Shown here piece by piece: positions 23,892-37,768 of a stretch of DNA of 64,000 bases (within the stretch, counting starts at the first letter, position 1; each line of letters starts with the position of its first letter). Origin of the DNA: Adineta vaga (lineage: Eukaryota > Animalia > Rotifera); the NCBI GenBank assembly GCA_021613535.1, contig CP075493.1, forward strand, positions 1,364,001 through 1,428,000. Direction: 5' to 3'. The position numbers and the translations under genes are program-made. The notes under the pieces were generated by a model. It was not told the origin of the DNA, did not search any database, and saw only the letters and a list, made by a program, of their open reading frames with translations.

Positions 23892-26800
23892 ATGATGAAA
23901 TTATTATTTATTCTGTTTATTATTCTTATCTATCTTTTCATCTTTATTCCCACATATTTTTGTTCAATATCCGATATTGTACAAAGAAAATCAATCAATT
24001 CATCAGTCACAACAATTCGCAAACCTAACATTACGATTTTAATGATGTTTCCTGATATTGATGATTTTATACCCAATTTAAAATCTTTATTATTTGTTTA
24101 TGAATATATTGTTCATCGTCATCAAATATCAAATTGGTTAAATATTAATTTACAAGTTAAAGATTCTAAATGTTCAATATCATTAGCTCCACATATGCTT
24201 GTCACAACAATGCTTTCAGCAATTCCTGATGTTGTTTTTGGACCATTTTGTGGTAAAAGAAAATTCATTAGATTATTTTCTTAAAATAAAAGAGATTTTC
24301 TTGAAATTTAAAGACTTAGCCGTAGCACCTGTTGCACGTTTACTTCATTTTCAAAATATTCCTGTGATTACGATGGGAGCCGTTTCAAATGAATTTACAT
24401 TACAAAGACAAACAATGTATTCAACATTATTTCGATTTGGATATCGAACAGATGAACTTGGTAAGATGTCAAATGAAAATGTAGGAAGAAAAATATATAT
24501 GACTTAATTTAATTTACTTGAAGATTATTTAAGAATGAAACTTGTGGCCTTTCGATACGATCGGCACTCAACATCCGGAAAGAGAAAAAAAGATTTATCT
24601 ATGATTGACTCTTCAGATAGAACGAGAAACTTTCTCTTTTCTTTATTCGATTCATCTTAAGTTATTCTATATGATAATCGATTTCTTTCTCTTCTATTTT
24701 TTCGAATTCACTTTCATCGAGTCAGTTCGTTTGAAAAAAAAGAAACACATGAACTCAATCATAGAAGAAAGAAAGTTAACAAATCAATTGAATTATAAAT
24801 CGAATAGCACCATTCGTTTTTCGATTATTTTATCAAAACAAAACACAAAATTGTTAATCGAATAAAAACTTTTTTCTCGTACATTTATAAACGAAAATGA
24901 CGAAAATATTCATTTTCGAATAATGAAATACTTGAAGATTTATTAGAAAATGATCACTTCATCATAATAACTCTTCTTTTTGTTTCATATGTCTAAATAT
25001 CTTTGGTTTCCGTTGAATGAATGATCAAATTTCAAGAAGACTTAACATTTGTTATTGTTATTTCCGTTATTAGATTCTGAAGATGAAATCATGTCTGTTA
25101 CAAAATAGAAATAGAAAACAAAGATTGATGTATATTACTCAATTCTTAATAGAATTGATGTAAAAGACTAAAATATAACGATGTTTGCATTCTACTAAGC
25201 AAGGAAAGAAATAGAATTTTTTTTCAGTAACAAATGAATGTATCGGAGCATAAATAGTATCCGAACAATCGTTAATCAAAAAGGGATATTTTTGAATAAC
25301 ATTATTAATCGACTACATCATTCGTTCACCTTCCTTTTTTCACAATAAAATAAACGTTAAAATATATTGCATCCGATTGCTACGAATCTAAGCATTTGTA
25401 TTGTCTTTTTCTTAGGTTCATTACTTGTGAAATTATTTCAATATTATAAATGGTCATTTGTTAAATTTCTCTATGAAGATAATCCAAAACCTTGGCATGA
25501 ATGTCAAGTTTTATTACGGCCAATCGCTCATACATTTGCATCCAATCAAATTCGTTCGGATAATCGAAAAGTGACAAGTCATGATTTGAAAGATGATTTC
25601 AAATCAATATTTGTTGATTTTATTAGTAATAATGCATCAGGTAGAATCTTGTCAAAGGGAAATTATTGAGTTAAAAAAAAAGAAGAAATTTCGCTTATTT
25701 TTAGTCTCATTATGGTGTGTTAATCCACGAACATTTCGTAAAGCTGTTTTAACAGCTCAAAAACATGGATTTGTTAATGGAGAATATGTATTTATATATC
25801 TTGATACAGTTCTTACACCAGAAAAGTAATTAGACGAAGTTTTTTTTACTTAAATTTTTCTATATTTTGTTATTCTATTTAAGTACGGATGAAAAAAGTC
25901 TAGCTGTACGAAAACCTTGGTATGATCCTGCTGAAATCGATAATAAAATCAATGAAAATGCTCAGCGTGCATTTGAAGCTGTTCTTTATGTTCGACAACG
26001 TCTGTATGCCGATGAAATTTATCGTCGTTTTGCTGATAATATTGTTGATTTTGCAAATAAAACAAATCGAACTGAACATTTAATGCATGGAACTGTAAGT
26101 AAACTTTTTTCATTTAATTTTCTTTCTTTCTTTCAATTGATTTCTTCCATCATAGAAATTCGCCATAAGAGTGAGTAGGTGATTGAATTTGACTTACGTT
26201 ATTTACTTACATACGCATGAGTTTCATCTCTGCATGTTGAATAACATTTGTTTTCTTCTTCTTGTTAAAGAAAATCTTTGAATTCTTGAATAGAACAAAG
26301 AAAACAATGGAAATCATTTTCTTTGATTTAGATTGGAACAGATGAAACAAATTTTTATGATGCAGTTGTTACGTATTTCAAAGCTTTAGAAACACATTAT
26401 AAAAATATGAATTTTCAAGAAATATCGACAAATAATGGATCGATTATATATCCATCGTTAGATGCAAAAACATTTAAATCAATGATTTGTAATCGATCAA
26501 TTGAAGGTGCAAATAAAAATATAACAATGAATCAGATTTGTGATCGAATTGATATTGGTTATACAATTTATGATATGAATCCAGATACAGGAGAATTAGA
26601 AGTAAATTTTTAGAATCAACCATTTTCTATGTTAAATATTGATGATTTTGATTTTTAGGCTGTAGTTGCTTATCCAACTGAACCATTTCAAACAGATAAT
26701 AAACAATTACAATGGTTAAATGAATCTCGTTTTATATATTTTATTGATAAAAATTCAACTTCTATTTCGGATTCTCCACGATGTGGTTTTAATAATCTTA

Positions 26801-29646
26801 AATGTCCTAAAAAGAGTTCGTTTATGAGTCACTTTGAATTATATTTTTATTCTTCTTATTTTTAGCCCTTATACCAATTTGGGGTTGGATTATTATTAGT
26901 CTATCATCAATAATTGTCATTCTTCTAATTGTTGGTTTTATTTTATATCGGTAAAAGTCATTTGAAATGAAAATCTTTGATTTTATTCGATAAAAATATT
27001 TCAGTCGAGCAAAATTTGAAGCCGAATTGAAAGCAATGCAATGGTTAATTAAATGGGAAGAATTATCTAGTCGAACATTATTACATAACAATGTTGCAAC
27101 ACCTTCTTTTCATAAACTTTCACTTTCCCAAAAAGTAAATTTCAATTTGTTTTTTTTACAATTGAAATTTAATTCTTCTTTGTTTATTTTTAGGAATTAT
27201 CAATCGGAAAGTCAGTAAGTATTGTTCGTTTATATAAAAACACCTGAAAATAACGAATCGTTTACTTTCCTTTTTTAAGCGAAGTTCTATTGCCAGTCAT
27301 CATTCTCATGATAGTGAAACAGATGGACCAGCAAAACAAACATTTACTAAAACAGCTATTTATAAAGTAAAGAAACAACGGCTTTTTTTTCATAGAATTG
27401 AATCTTTAATTTTTCACATTTTCAAGGCATCGGTTGTTGCATTGAAACGTTTCCATAAAACTAAACTTGAAACAACACGTGCATTACAATTAGAAGTTAA
27501 AACAGTTAAGTAACACGAAATAAATATAAATAAACTTTGTATTTATCAAGATTTTCTAAATGAAATCGTTACATTTAGATGCAAGACTTAACACATGATC
27601 ATATTGCTCGATTTATTGGCATTTGTATCGATCCAAAACATCAATATATAGTTACAGAATATTGTCCAAAAGGAAGTTTACAAGTAAAGAATTTTCTTGA
27701 AAAGTTGATTTCTATGATTTGATCAATTGATTGAATAGGATATATTACAAAATGAGGAAATAAAACTTGATACAATGTTTAAACATTCCATTATGCATGA
27801 TATTGTTAAAGTAAAACATAATCATAAGATTTCGTTTGATTCGAATTCGTGTTGATTTTCTTTTTAGGGCATGCAACATCTTCATAACAGCCCAATTGAA
27901 TCACATGGAAATTTAAAAAGTTCAAATTGTGTTGTTGATAGTCGATTTGTTTGTAAAATAACTGATTTTGGTTTACCAACATTACGATCAAATACAAATA
28001 AAGATTCACCACCACCTGGAACTGTAAAAGATCTTGCATTCTATAAAAGTAAGATTTCTTTCAAATGAAGATTAGTTTATTTCGTTTTTTTTTTCTATTG
28101 AATAGATCGTTTATGGACAGCACCGGAATTGTTAAGAGATCCACATCCACCTGCTGCTGGTACAGTCAAAGGTGATGTGTATAGTTATGGAATTATTTTA
28201 CAAGAAATTCAATTACGTAATGGACCTTTTTATTTACGAGATCGTGAATTAAGACCTGATGGTAAGATACTTTTCGTGATTAATTATTTTAAATGAGATT
28301 TGTTTTTCTATAGAAATTGTTGAGAGTGTGAAATCGGGTAGTTTACTTCGTCCAACTATTGAAGCAGGTGAATGTAATATTGAAATTGGTCAATTAATGA
28401 AACGTTGTTGGTTAGAAGATCCGAATGAAAGACCAGATTTTACTGATATTCGACACATAATGCGTAGAATAAATAAGTATGATTAATTCATTGAATTTCA
28501 AACTGATAATTATTTATTAAAAATTATCTATCTAGGGATGGAGATAGTGGAAATATTCTTGATAATTTACTTAAACGTATGGAACAATATGCGAATAATC
28601 TTGAAGTAAATTTGAATTTTAAGAAAATAAATTTCAGTGAAAAATCTTTTGATCTTTTATAGGGACTCGTTGAAGAACGTACAGGTGATTATTTAGCTGA
28701 AAAGAAAAAAGCTGAAGCATTACTTTATCAATTATTACCAGCGTAAGTAATATATATATATATATTATTTGAGATTCATGAATGAATTCTTCATTTTATT
28801 AGACCTGTTGCTTCTCAATTGATGGGTGGTCAACCGGTAACAGCTGAAACATTTGAAAGTGTGACAATTTATTTTTCCGATATTGTTGGTTTTACTTCTT
28901 TATCATCGGAAAGTACTCCATTACAAGTTGTTGATCTTTTAAATGATCTATATTCTGTATTTGATGCTGTCTCAGAAAACTATGATGTTTATAAAGTAGA
29001 AACAATTGGTGATGCTTATGTAAGTATAAATTATCATTCTGTAAAAGAAGATTATGTATGTTTTCAATAGATGGTTGTTTCTGGACTTCCAACACCGAAT
29101 GGAGATTTACATGCACGAGAAATAGCTCGTCTTTCTTTAGCTCTTCTTAATGCTGTTCTCAATTTTCGTATTCGACATCGACCGGATAAGAAATTATTAT
29201 TACGTATTGGAATGCATTCCGGTCCTTGTGTAGCTGGTGTAGTTGGTTTACGAATGCCTCGATATTGTTTATTTGGTGATACTGTAAGTTGATTGGTTTG
29301 TTTTTTACTGGTAAATTAGTGTTATATTTTCGATGATTCATTTAAGGTGAATACTGCATCTCGAATGGAATCCAATGGTAAAGCATTACGTATTCATCTC
29401 TCATCAAGTACAAAAGTTATTTTGGAAAAATTTGGAACATTTGAATTGAAGTTTCGTGGTGAGATTGAAATGAAGGTTGGTGAAAATTGAATTCGTTGTT
29501 TTTATTGGGATAGTTTTTCATTCTTTTTTTTATTGCTTTAGGGTAAAGGAAAACAGCGAACATATTGGTTACTTGGCGAACAAGGTGGTTTAAGTGCTCA
29601 ACATAGTTTAGTGAATTGGGATGATGAAACTGTTGATGAGCATTAA
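23892..29646 (+). CDS. Receptor (membrane) guanylyl cyclase, natriuretic-peptide-receptor type
   Basis: Signal peptide, ANF-receptor ectodomain (DSKCS...FGPFCD), one TM (IWGWIIISL...), kinase-homology domain ([30 protein letters not shown]), coiled coil ([10 protein letters not shown]), and cyclase domain ([46 protein letters not shown]). Confidence 0.95.
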
Positions 29647-29819
29647 TATATATTTCTTTTTCTTTCTCTTCTCTTTCCATATATATATATATCTATATAT
29701 AGTTTGTGTTTTTATCTTTTCTGTACTCGAGTTATTGAAATGAATGACATTAGATATAAAATCAAACATAAAACGAATGTTTCTCCGTTCTTGAATTCTC
29801 TAAAAACATGAAGAACAAG

Positions 29820-30360
29820 AAGATATTTCCAAAATACCGATACCATGTGCAGCATAAAATTTGAATAGGTTTCGAACATCATACAATCATTATTGTCTTC
29901 ATAAATACAACGTAATATAAAAAAAGTAAATGAAATGTCAATAGGTATACAACCTATCCAACAATTTCAGCAGTATCATCATCATCATCATCTGGAAGAT
30001 TTTTAAATAAAACGAGTTCTTCATCACTATGTTATCTATGAAGATAATGTAGAAGTGATATACATTCAAATACTATTCAAAAGAACTTACAATGATAGTT
30101 TTTCTCTAATCTTAAATGCAATTAATCCTGTTAACCATCTAGCTGTAATATATCTTAGAAATTCAAAGAAGATTGAACAAACTATTCGTGCCATGGCGCT
30201 AACAAAAAATGTAGAATCAGCGATAATTCCTGCAATTGACATTTCAAATTCTAGTTGAATCATTTTTTGTACATAATCTTCAGGTTGTATCGCATATCTT
30301 CTTTATACTAATAATAGACAAATACACGAACAGATAATATTAATACTGCTGAGATATTTC
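29820..30360 (-). pseudogene. Possible decayed membrane-protein gene fragment
   Basis: Minus frame SSINIICSCICLLLV*RRYAIQPEDYVQKMIQLEFEMSIAGIIADSTFFVSAMARIVCSIFFEFLRYITARWLTGL, followed by a GTAAG...TAG intron. In-frame stops; family not recognised. Confidence 0.3.
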
Positions 30361-32720
30361 CTAAAAATAATTGTTGTTTGAACAGTTTTACTTCGAAGAC
30401 ATCTGACTTATGCTCTGAGAATTACCTTTAATAATCATTTCTACCGAAATTCTCGAAATAATTTGTTCAGAAAAATCTAAAAGATAAAAAAATTCTTTGG
30501 GAAAAGTTTTAAAGAAGATCATCTTTTGTAACAACAATTCCATAGTGTTGATATATTTGAATTTTATGCCATACATATAAATGATCAGCACGATGTGAAA
30601 TGTAATCCGTCATTATAACGGCTTTTTAGTTTTGTTTCGAGAAAAAAAAACATATCAGCCAAATCATCGATCAGTTTTCCTCACTCTTGCATTCTTAAAA
30701 ATGACATCAATACGATTGATGTTTCTCATCGTTTTTAAAGAAGAGATACATTTTTTCTGCTCGTTAACCTTATTATGTGCGTGATGAACAAAAGACGTAA
30801 ATACGCTACGTCATAATTAAATAATATTGATAGATTATAATCATTGTATTTTGGTTTCCTATACTGTCAAAGGATCGTTTGTAGGCAAAACGAATACGCT
30901 ATAAATAGTATTCCCTTTTTCAATGAATATATAAATAGAATATGCAATGTATACTTTAATTGCCTCTATAATATCATAGTGATGCAGAATTTCAGTAACA
31001 AAATCATAACAAAAAATGAAATTGCATCTAAGTTTTCATTTAGATCAAATGAATCGACTTTTTCATCGAGCTCAGTATTCGTTCCTTAAAATCGATGATT
31101 AAAACGAACTCATTCATTATCTAAGGAGATTCGTAATAAAACGATGGTGATCATCAACTCTGGAACAATACATGATCATATCCATATTGTACGAAATTCG
31201 AACTTATTCTAAATATCCTTAGAGTTTGCAACCAGATATAAGGTTATTTTTTTTTACCTACAGTGAACAATCTGAAAAGGATCGATATTTATCACCTCTT
31301 AGTTGATGAAATACTCTTTGTATCATATTTTCATTTAGTCTTAAAGTGAGAAATGTTTATTAATATCGCGAATGAATAATTATCACCATATTAGAACTTA
31401 TTTTCTCTCCAGTCGTCTAGTACCAGTTTGAAATACGCATTGTGTCAATATGAAAACTACTCATTGTTATTTTCGAATATGAAATGGGCATATGATCATA
31501 TTCATTTTTTTGTTATTCTTCTCCTGCCCTGGGACACCAGACGCATTGCCAATCAGTGAGTGATCAACAGTACGTTGAAAAAAATACGATGAATAAAATC
31601 TGAATAATTAATAAGAAATATTTTGAACTCGGTATCTTTTCTTAATACTCATCAATCTAACGGAACACTTAGACTGTTTAACTAATGTCCTACAACAGCA
31701 TTAATTATTCTGATAAACATAATCTTAAATGTTCTCTATCTGAAGTCTTTCTACTTTAGATTTGTTTTTAATCTTAAAGCTTGAACGATTTATTTTCTTT
31801 TTGAAATAAACATATTTGATGAATAATATAAATTCATCATCGTAAAATGTATATTGACTTATATATTTCATACTCAATAGAAATCTATTGAGAGATTTAT
31901 GTCCCTGTAGCAAACGATTTTCTTTGTCGTATAGATTAATATAAAAAGATCGACGAAATAGATTTATGTTTATTCATTCTCTCAATTTTGCTTGCTCCTT
32001 CTTACGACATTGATGGATTTTTACATGAAGAAACAATCTTCACGATGGTTTTCTCTAATCTTGAAGTTTCTAAATATCTACAGAGAATATAAAGAACATG
32101 ACAAGCTATCAATTTAGATCAGTAACTTACGACTAAACTGAGCAAAATTGTTGCCTTCTTTCTTTGTCTCATCTGCTTTTTTTCTCATGTGACATTATTT
32201 TTTCTGAGAAAGAAGAGAAACGAAGCAGCATAAAAAGACATCGCTGTTTTTTTTCTATCAGTAAACAAAATTCCTTACAATGCTTAGTTTTTCACATCGA
32301 TACTTTTCTTTTACACAGATCATTCATCAAACTTATGAGATGTCGATGACTATAGTTTCATATGGTATCATTTCTCATTAGATTGAGCTCGGTGAATTAA
32401 GCGTAGAAAAACAACATTTTATGAACTATACTTGCGATATGTTTTCTATTCTCTTTAGAAGAATTCAACTGAAAAAAAAGAAGTTCACTCTTAATTAGTA
32501 CAGTCGATGTCTGATTATATTATTTATGATCTCATTAGAATTGAACCTACATAAAAGATAATTTCTTTAACAAGAGTTGAATACTTTCATATAATCATAT
32601 ATATTCATTCTTTTTCATCGATCTTTAAAATATTTATTATTGTAGAAATTTACAAAGGTCGTTTAATCAAATCTTCTAGTCATACAACAAGGTGTTTGCT
32701 TCGAAGTGAGTTAAACAACA

Positions 32721-33821
32721 ATGTCAAATTTATTACGAAACAATTCATATGATGATAAAGTAACATTTGAAAATATTCAAACAATATTTGGTTTCTATCT
32801 CATTCCAATCATATGTATACCTGGTCTTATAGGTAATATTCTTTGTATAATTGTTTTTATTACAAATACAATGCAACGACTTTTAACAACACAATTTCTT
32901 CTTTATCTTGCTATATCAGATACAATCAAATTATCAAATGATTTACTTTATTCATTTGTTATAATTATTCAAATCTTTAATCAACAATTTGGCAAGAAAT
33001 TATTTCTTATTCTTTATCGTTATTGTCATTATATTAATACAGTTTCAACATTATCAACAGCATGGTTTACATTAATTGTAGCTATTGAAAGGTTCGTATG
33101 ATATTCTTTTTGTCTTTTATTTTCAAATTTTCTTTTCTTATTTAGATATATTCTTTGTAGTACAAATAGTCATCGTCGAATTTGTATTCAAAAGAATTCT
33201 CGAACTATATGTAATTTGATACTATTTTTCAGTCTTCTTATTGCTTTACCCGTTTCATTTCGATATGAAATTATTCCAATATCATTTCTTGACCTAACAA
33301 ATCAATCGACATTATCATCATCAATTCGTTTATCAAAATTTGGTAGTTCACGTTCATTTCGTCTATATTCAAATCTTGTTGATTTGATTCGTGCAATTTT
33401 TCCGTCGTTCTTATTATTTTATCTAAATACACGTATTGTTTATTTACTCTCTCGAATGAAATCTTCAACTGGTTCAGCATTTCCTCGTTTAACATTGAGT
33501 CTGATAATAATTATTGGTTTTTTCATTTGTTGTTCTTTTCCTGACGCACTTTTATCACTTATATTAAATATGGGTTACATTGATGAAACATATCGTCGAC
33601 GAACAATAAGAGAAATAACAGACTTTTTAGTGACATTGAATTCAGCTACTAATTTTGGGATTTATTTTTCTATTTCATATACATTTCGACGTTCAATGTT
33701 TCGTTTATTTAAACGACAAAAAAAAAGTTATTATCCTACAACATATGAAGATCTTATTCATCGACAAAGGTTACAACAACATCAAAACCAACCATTAAAT
33801 CATCCTAGAGATATGCTGTAA
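32721..33821 (+). CDS. Class A GPCR, FMRFamide/peptide-receptor-like, 2 exons
   Basis: TM1 PGLIGNILC, TM2 YLAISD, TM3 VAIER|Y across a ~55-nt intron near 33092-33147, TM6 FFICCSFPD, TM7 NSATNFGIYF. Confidence 0.9.
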
Positions 33822-34787
33822 TACGCATTAATAATGATTGATATCTTTTACATAATTAATAAATAATATGAAGTAAAAAATCCTCAAATGGATGTTCACA
33901 AATGAATGTTGTATTAGCGAGAAAATGTTCTTGCATTAAACTCGACATCATGTCATGTCTCGTCATATATTTCCCATATGAAAAATTTTGAAGATAAACC
34001 TGTTTTATTCTTCGTGTGTAAATTTAACATACATTATTGAACACAATATTTGAAGGAAAACTCCTTGATTCATGTCACTTTGATCTATCATTTCCTCTGT
34101 GAATTAAATGGTAGTTTCCGAAACTTTTTCTCTTTAATATAAAAATTATTGATGCAGAAGATTTTCTATGATGAAACCCCTCTGTGACTAATCTATTATC
34201 CAACATGATTCGTTATTGATAATCTTATGTTCTGCTTGTTCAGAAACTATTTCTATTTATACAAGTCTAGTTGAAATATTTATATTAATGGTACTAATTA
34301 AAGGACAGTTCTTGACTGATAGAGTTCCTTTTCCTATCAAAGAATGCTGTTTATTATCAGAGTAAAAGGAGGAACTTTAACATCAAAAGTTTGTGATGAT
34401 GAATGTTACTGTTTCTAATAAACAGACATAGATGTCTGCTGTTGATAAAGAGAGAGAGAGAGGACACGAAGACAGTATGAGAAGATTTTTTTGAATAAGA
34501 ATATAAAAAATATCATTCTTGAAAGTATTTTGTAAATGTAATCAAACCGATTAAAATTTTGATGTACGTGTCATTTTTCTCATTTAAATTCGCGGATTAT
34601 CACAGAAGATAATCACTTAAAAGATTTTAAAAAAAGAAGTCAAGTATCTTTCCAAATGAATAATAGGAGACAAAATGTGCAAAGAGTAATTTTATTCATT
34701 TTTGACATTATTAATTTGAATTTAATTTATCCTTACCTTAAGGACAACGACGTCAAATGATAATAAGCATACTATGAAAATGTATTG

Positions 34788-35676
34788 TGGTTCAAAACAA
34801 GCTGTTGAATATATTCCAACCTGTCGATAACATTTCTGTAAGAAGAGTTATTGGATGTAAGTAATTGAACATTTGGATTATATAAACTTGATTGAATGAT
34901 AACAGCTCGTGTACGATAATAAATCCATTCTAATTGATGAAGTTGAGACACGTTATTTCGAAGTGGAGCTGAACAACTACGAAAATCACAGGAAAGTTAA
35001 ATGACATGTGTGGCAGAACAGAAAGAAAATAATTGTTGATATTACTAGACCACAATGTCTATGAGTGGTCACTCAAAATTCCAATATGATGTATCGAAAA
35101 ATGATATGACAAGCCAAATCAGTCAGATAATTTCATCTGAAATTTGAATTGAAAAGTTTCAACTGAAAGGAGAATTTTCAATTGAGTTCAAGGTTCAAGT
35201 TTGACACTACTGCTAACACTTCCTGCGACAATGCTTATTGTGTTGGAAATATCATTCAATGAACAATAGATTGTATTGGCAATATCAACAAAAAGACTGT
35301 AAAAATTTGAACCGGTATACATTACAGGATTATCGAATGTTAAATTTGATGTCCACTTTCCAACTTGACCCGTTGAATCAAAACTATCGATATAAATATC
35401 ATTCGACGTTGTCACAAAGCTACTATATGGTTGACTAAGATTGCCCGTAATATAACCTATTGGTATAGGACTATCTTCATTCCATATGACAATCTTACTT
35501 TGATGTTGATCCGTAACAAAAATTGTATTGGTAGTATTAACAAATACACCTTGAGGATACGATCCAATGGTATTCACATCAGCGAATGTTGAAGCATCTG
35601 GATGCCATGTTGCAACTGAACAAAATTTCGGTTGATTATAAGAAATCGCTAAATACAAGATTACATTTTTATACAT
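34788..35676 (-). pseudogene. Internally deleted remnant of an NHL-polycystin-1-like gene
   Basis: 35188-35676 encodes the NHL N-terminus (ISYNQPKFCSVATWHPDASTFAD). 34965-34788 reads LRNNVSQLHQLEWIYYRTRAVIIQSSLYNPNVQLL, matching LQSNLSQLHQLQWIDNRTQAVMIQLTLYNPNVQLF at ~54290-54390, with frameshifts. Confidence 0.8.
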
Positions 35677-36767
35677 TCATCGAAAGATATGATATGTGAT
35701 TGAGAACTTGTGTGATTTAAAAAAAATGAAACTAAAAGCAGTTATTAGTGGAAACATACTTCAAATTTGATGAGTCTCATACAAAACATTATCTTCTTCA
35801 ATCAACTATCCCAATTCATGATAACTTTCTGTTTTAAGTATTGATATTTTTTTCAAATAGTATTCTTTGATAAGACAAACTTAATGTTAAATTAAATAAA
35901 ATAGATTACTTAACAGTATAGAATACACATTAGCCCCTCAATATAGTATTTTTTCAAACCTTCGTTAACGTCATAAAGTCCGTTGGACTCACATTAAAAT
36001 TTTGTTTTATGTTTTCCTTCATTAGAGCACATTAATTATCTACTGGCTCATGATTTCTAACAGTTATATATTAAGCTGAAATGAGAAACAAAAGAATTCG
36101 TTCTATTCTAAATCGTTTATCAAAACTAAGAACGATAACAGAATGTTAATCATAGTTTTATACAAATTTTCGGTGAATTATTCAAAGTTTCTATCGAATC
36201 TCTACTCCGAATAACTCACAAAGAATAACTTTTACTAAATAAATATTTACCAAATCCTTTTCCGATGATCAATAACATTATGAACAAATAAAATCGCCTT
36301 TTATCTTCGATTCTTGTTCACCGATGACAACAAAAACTTAGAACAGACAATTTGTAATGAAGCACTGTTCCCAATGAAACAATTGTTTTCTCTTCTGTAT
36401 ATTTCTCTCTTTTTCAAGCGTTTTCTTCTGACTTATGAACCCACAAATGTGGAAATCGATAAGTAAAGTTACTAACTCATTAGACATTTATACAAAAGGA
36501 ATTTCGCCACATGATTTGAAAACTTTTTCTCGAAAAAAAACAAAACAAAAATACAAATTGCACAAATGACAATACAAATCAAACAAAAAGAAGAGAATTT
36601 TATACATTAACAAAAGCATTAAATTTTTGAATAATTTCTTCGAATAAAAAGAAAGAATGTTGTTCGATGAATAAGAGAAATAAATTTCAATAAAAATAGA
36701 ACATAGTAATACAGCACCGGATATCTACGAGAGATACAAAAAGTAAATGAATCGTCGAGAAAGAATT

Positions 36768-37768
36768 TTATCTGAAAGATGGATAATATTTTTGTGAGAA
36801 AGATGATTGTCGATAATATGATGAAGTTCCTGGTTCATTTGTTAACATTGATAGATTGGAATTTTCTTGTGGAGAATTATACATTTGAGACATTTGATAT
36901 GGCTACAAAAGATAAAATAATAAAAAAATGATTTTCTGAACGAAAGATTCTCTCATTTACTGGATATGAATGTTGCTGATGATACGAAGGTGTTTGAGGA
37001 TAATTATAAATTTGTTGCATAGGATATTTCAATTGATTTGAAGTATGTTTATCTGACATTAGAAATGTTAATAAACCATCAACTGTTAAATAATCTTGAG
37101 GATTTGGACATGTTGGTAAGATAAATCGATCAAGTGTGGATAAATCAATATCTTTTAAATATAGAGAAAAATTTGAATCCGAATAAGGGATTAAATCCGA
37201 CGATTTCATTGGATTTTGTTGATGAGATGATGAAGGAAGTTTTTGTGATTGACCATTAACACTTACATTAATAACGGTACTTAATGTAAAATGATGAGTA
37301 GGAGGATGAATTGTTTGACCAGATGTATTGTTATTACTAGCACATTCGATATCAATTTTTTGAGTTAATTCAGCTTGAAATGGATAACATGATTGAAGAT
37401 GATTTTGTTCATTTTTAGAATTTAATAATAATGAATCTGTTTCATTGAGTTTTTGTTTTTTACGAATATGATTATTCGATGAATTTAATGAAGAAGTAAT
37501 TATAGTTTGATTTTCATTGAATTGATAATCTTCTAATGAACATTTTTCATCATAATACGCTTTTCGATTTGTATAGGACATTGATGGATGAACGTAATTT
37601 GTTTGTTGTTGTTGTTGTTGTTGTTGTTTTGACCATTCAAAATAATGATGATCAACAGGTGCTAATTGCTGTTGTGGAGGTGCTGTCATATTTCTAAAAA
37701 AGAAACAAAAATGATCAGTTTATTTCTTGAAAAATTTGATTTATTTAATAATAAACTTACATGGACAT
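36768..37768 (-). CDS. Uncharacterised Q/S/N/P-rich low-complexity protein, 3 exons
   Basis: ATG TCC AT|intron|A AAT ATG..., then the 270-aa ORF with poly-Q and a basic patch IRKKQK. A further intron joins the last exon PYQMSQMY...KYYPSFR*. Confidence 0.7.
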
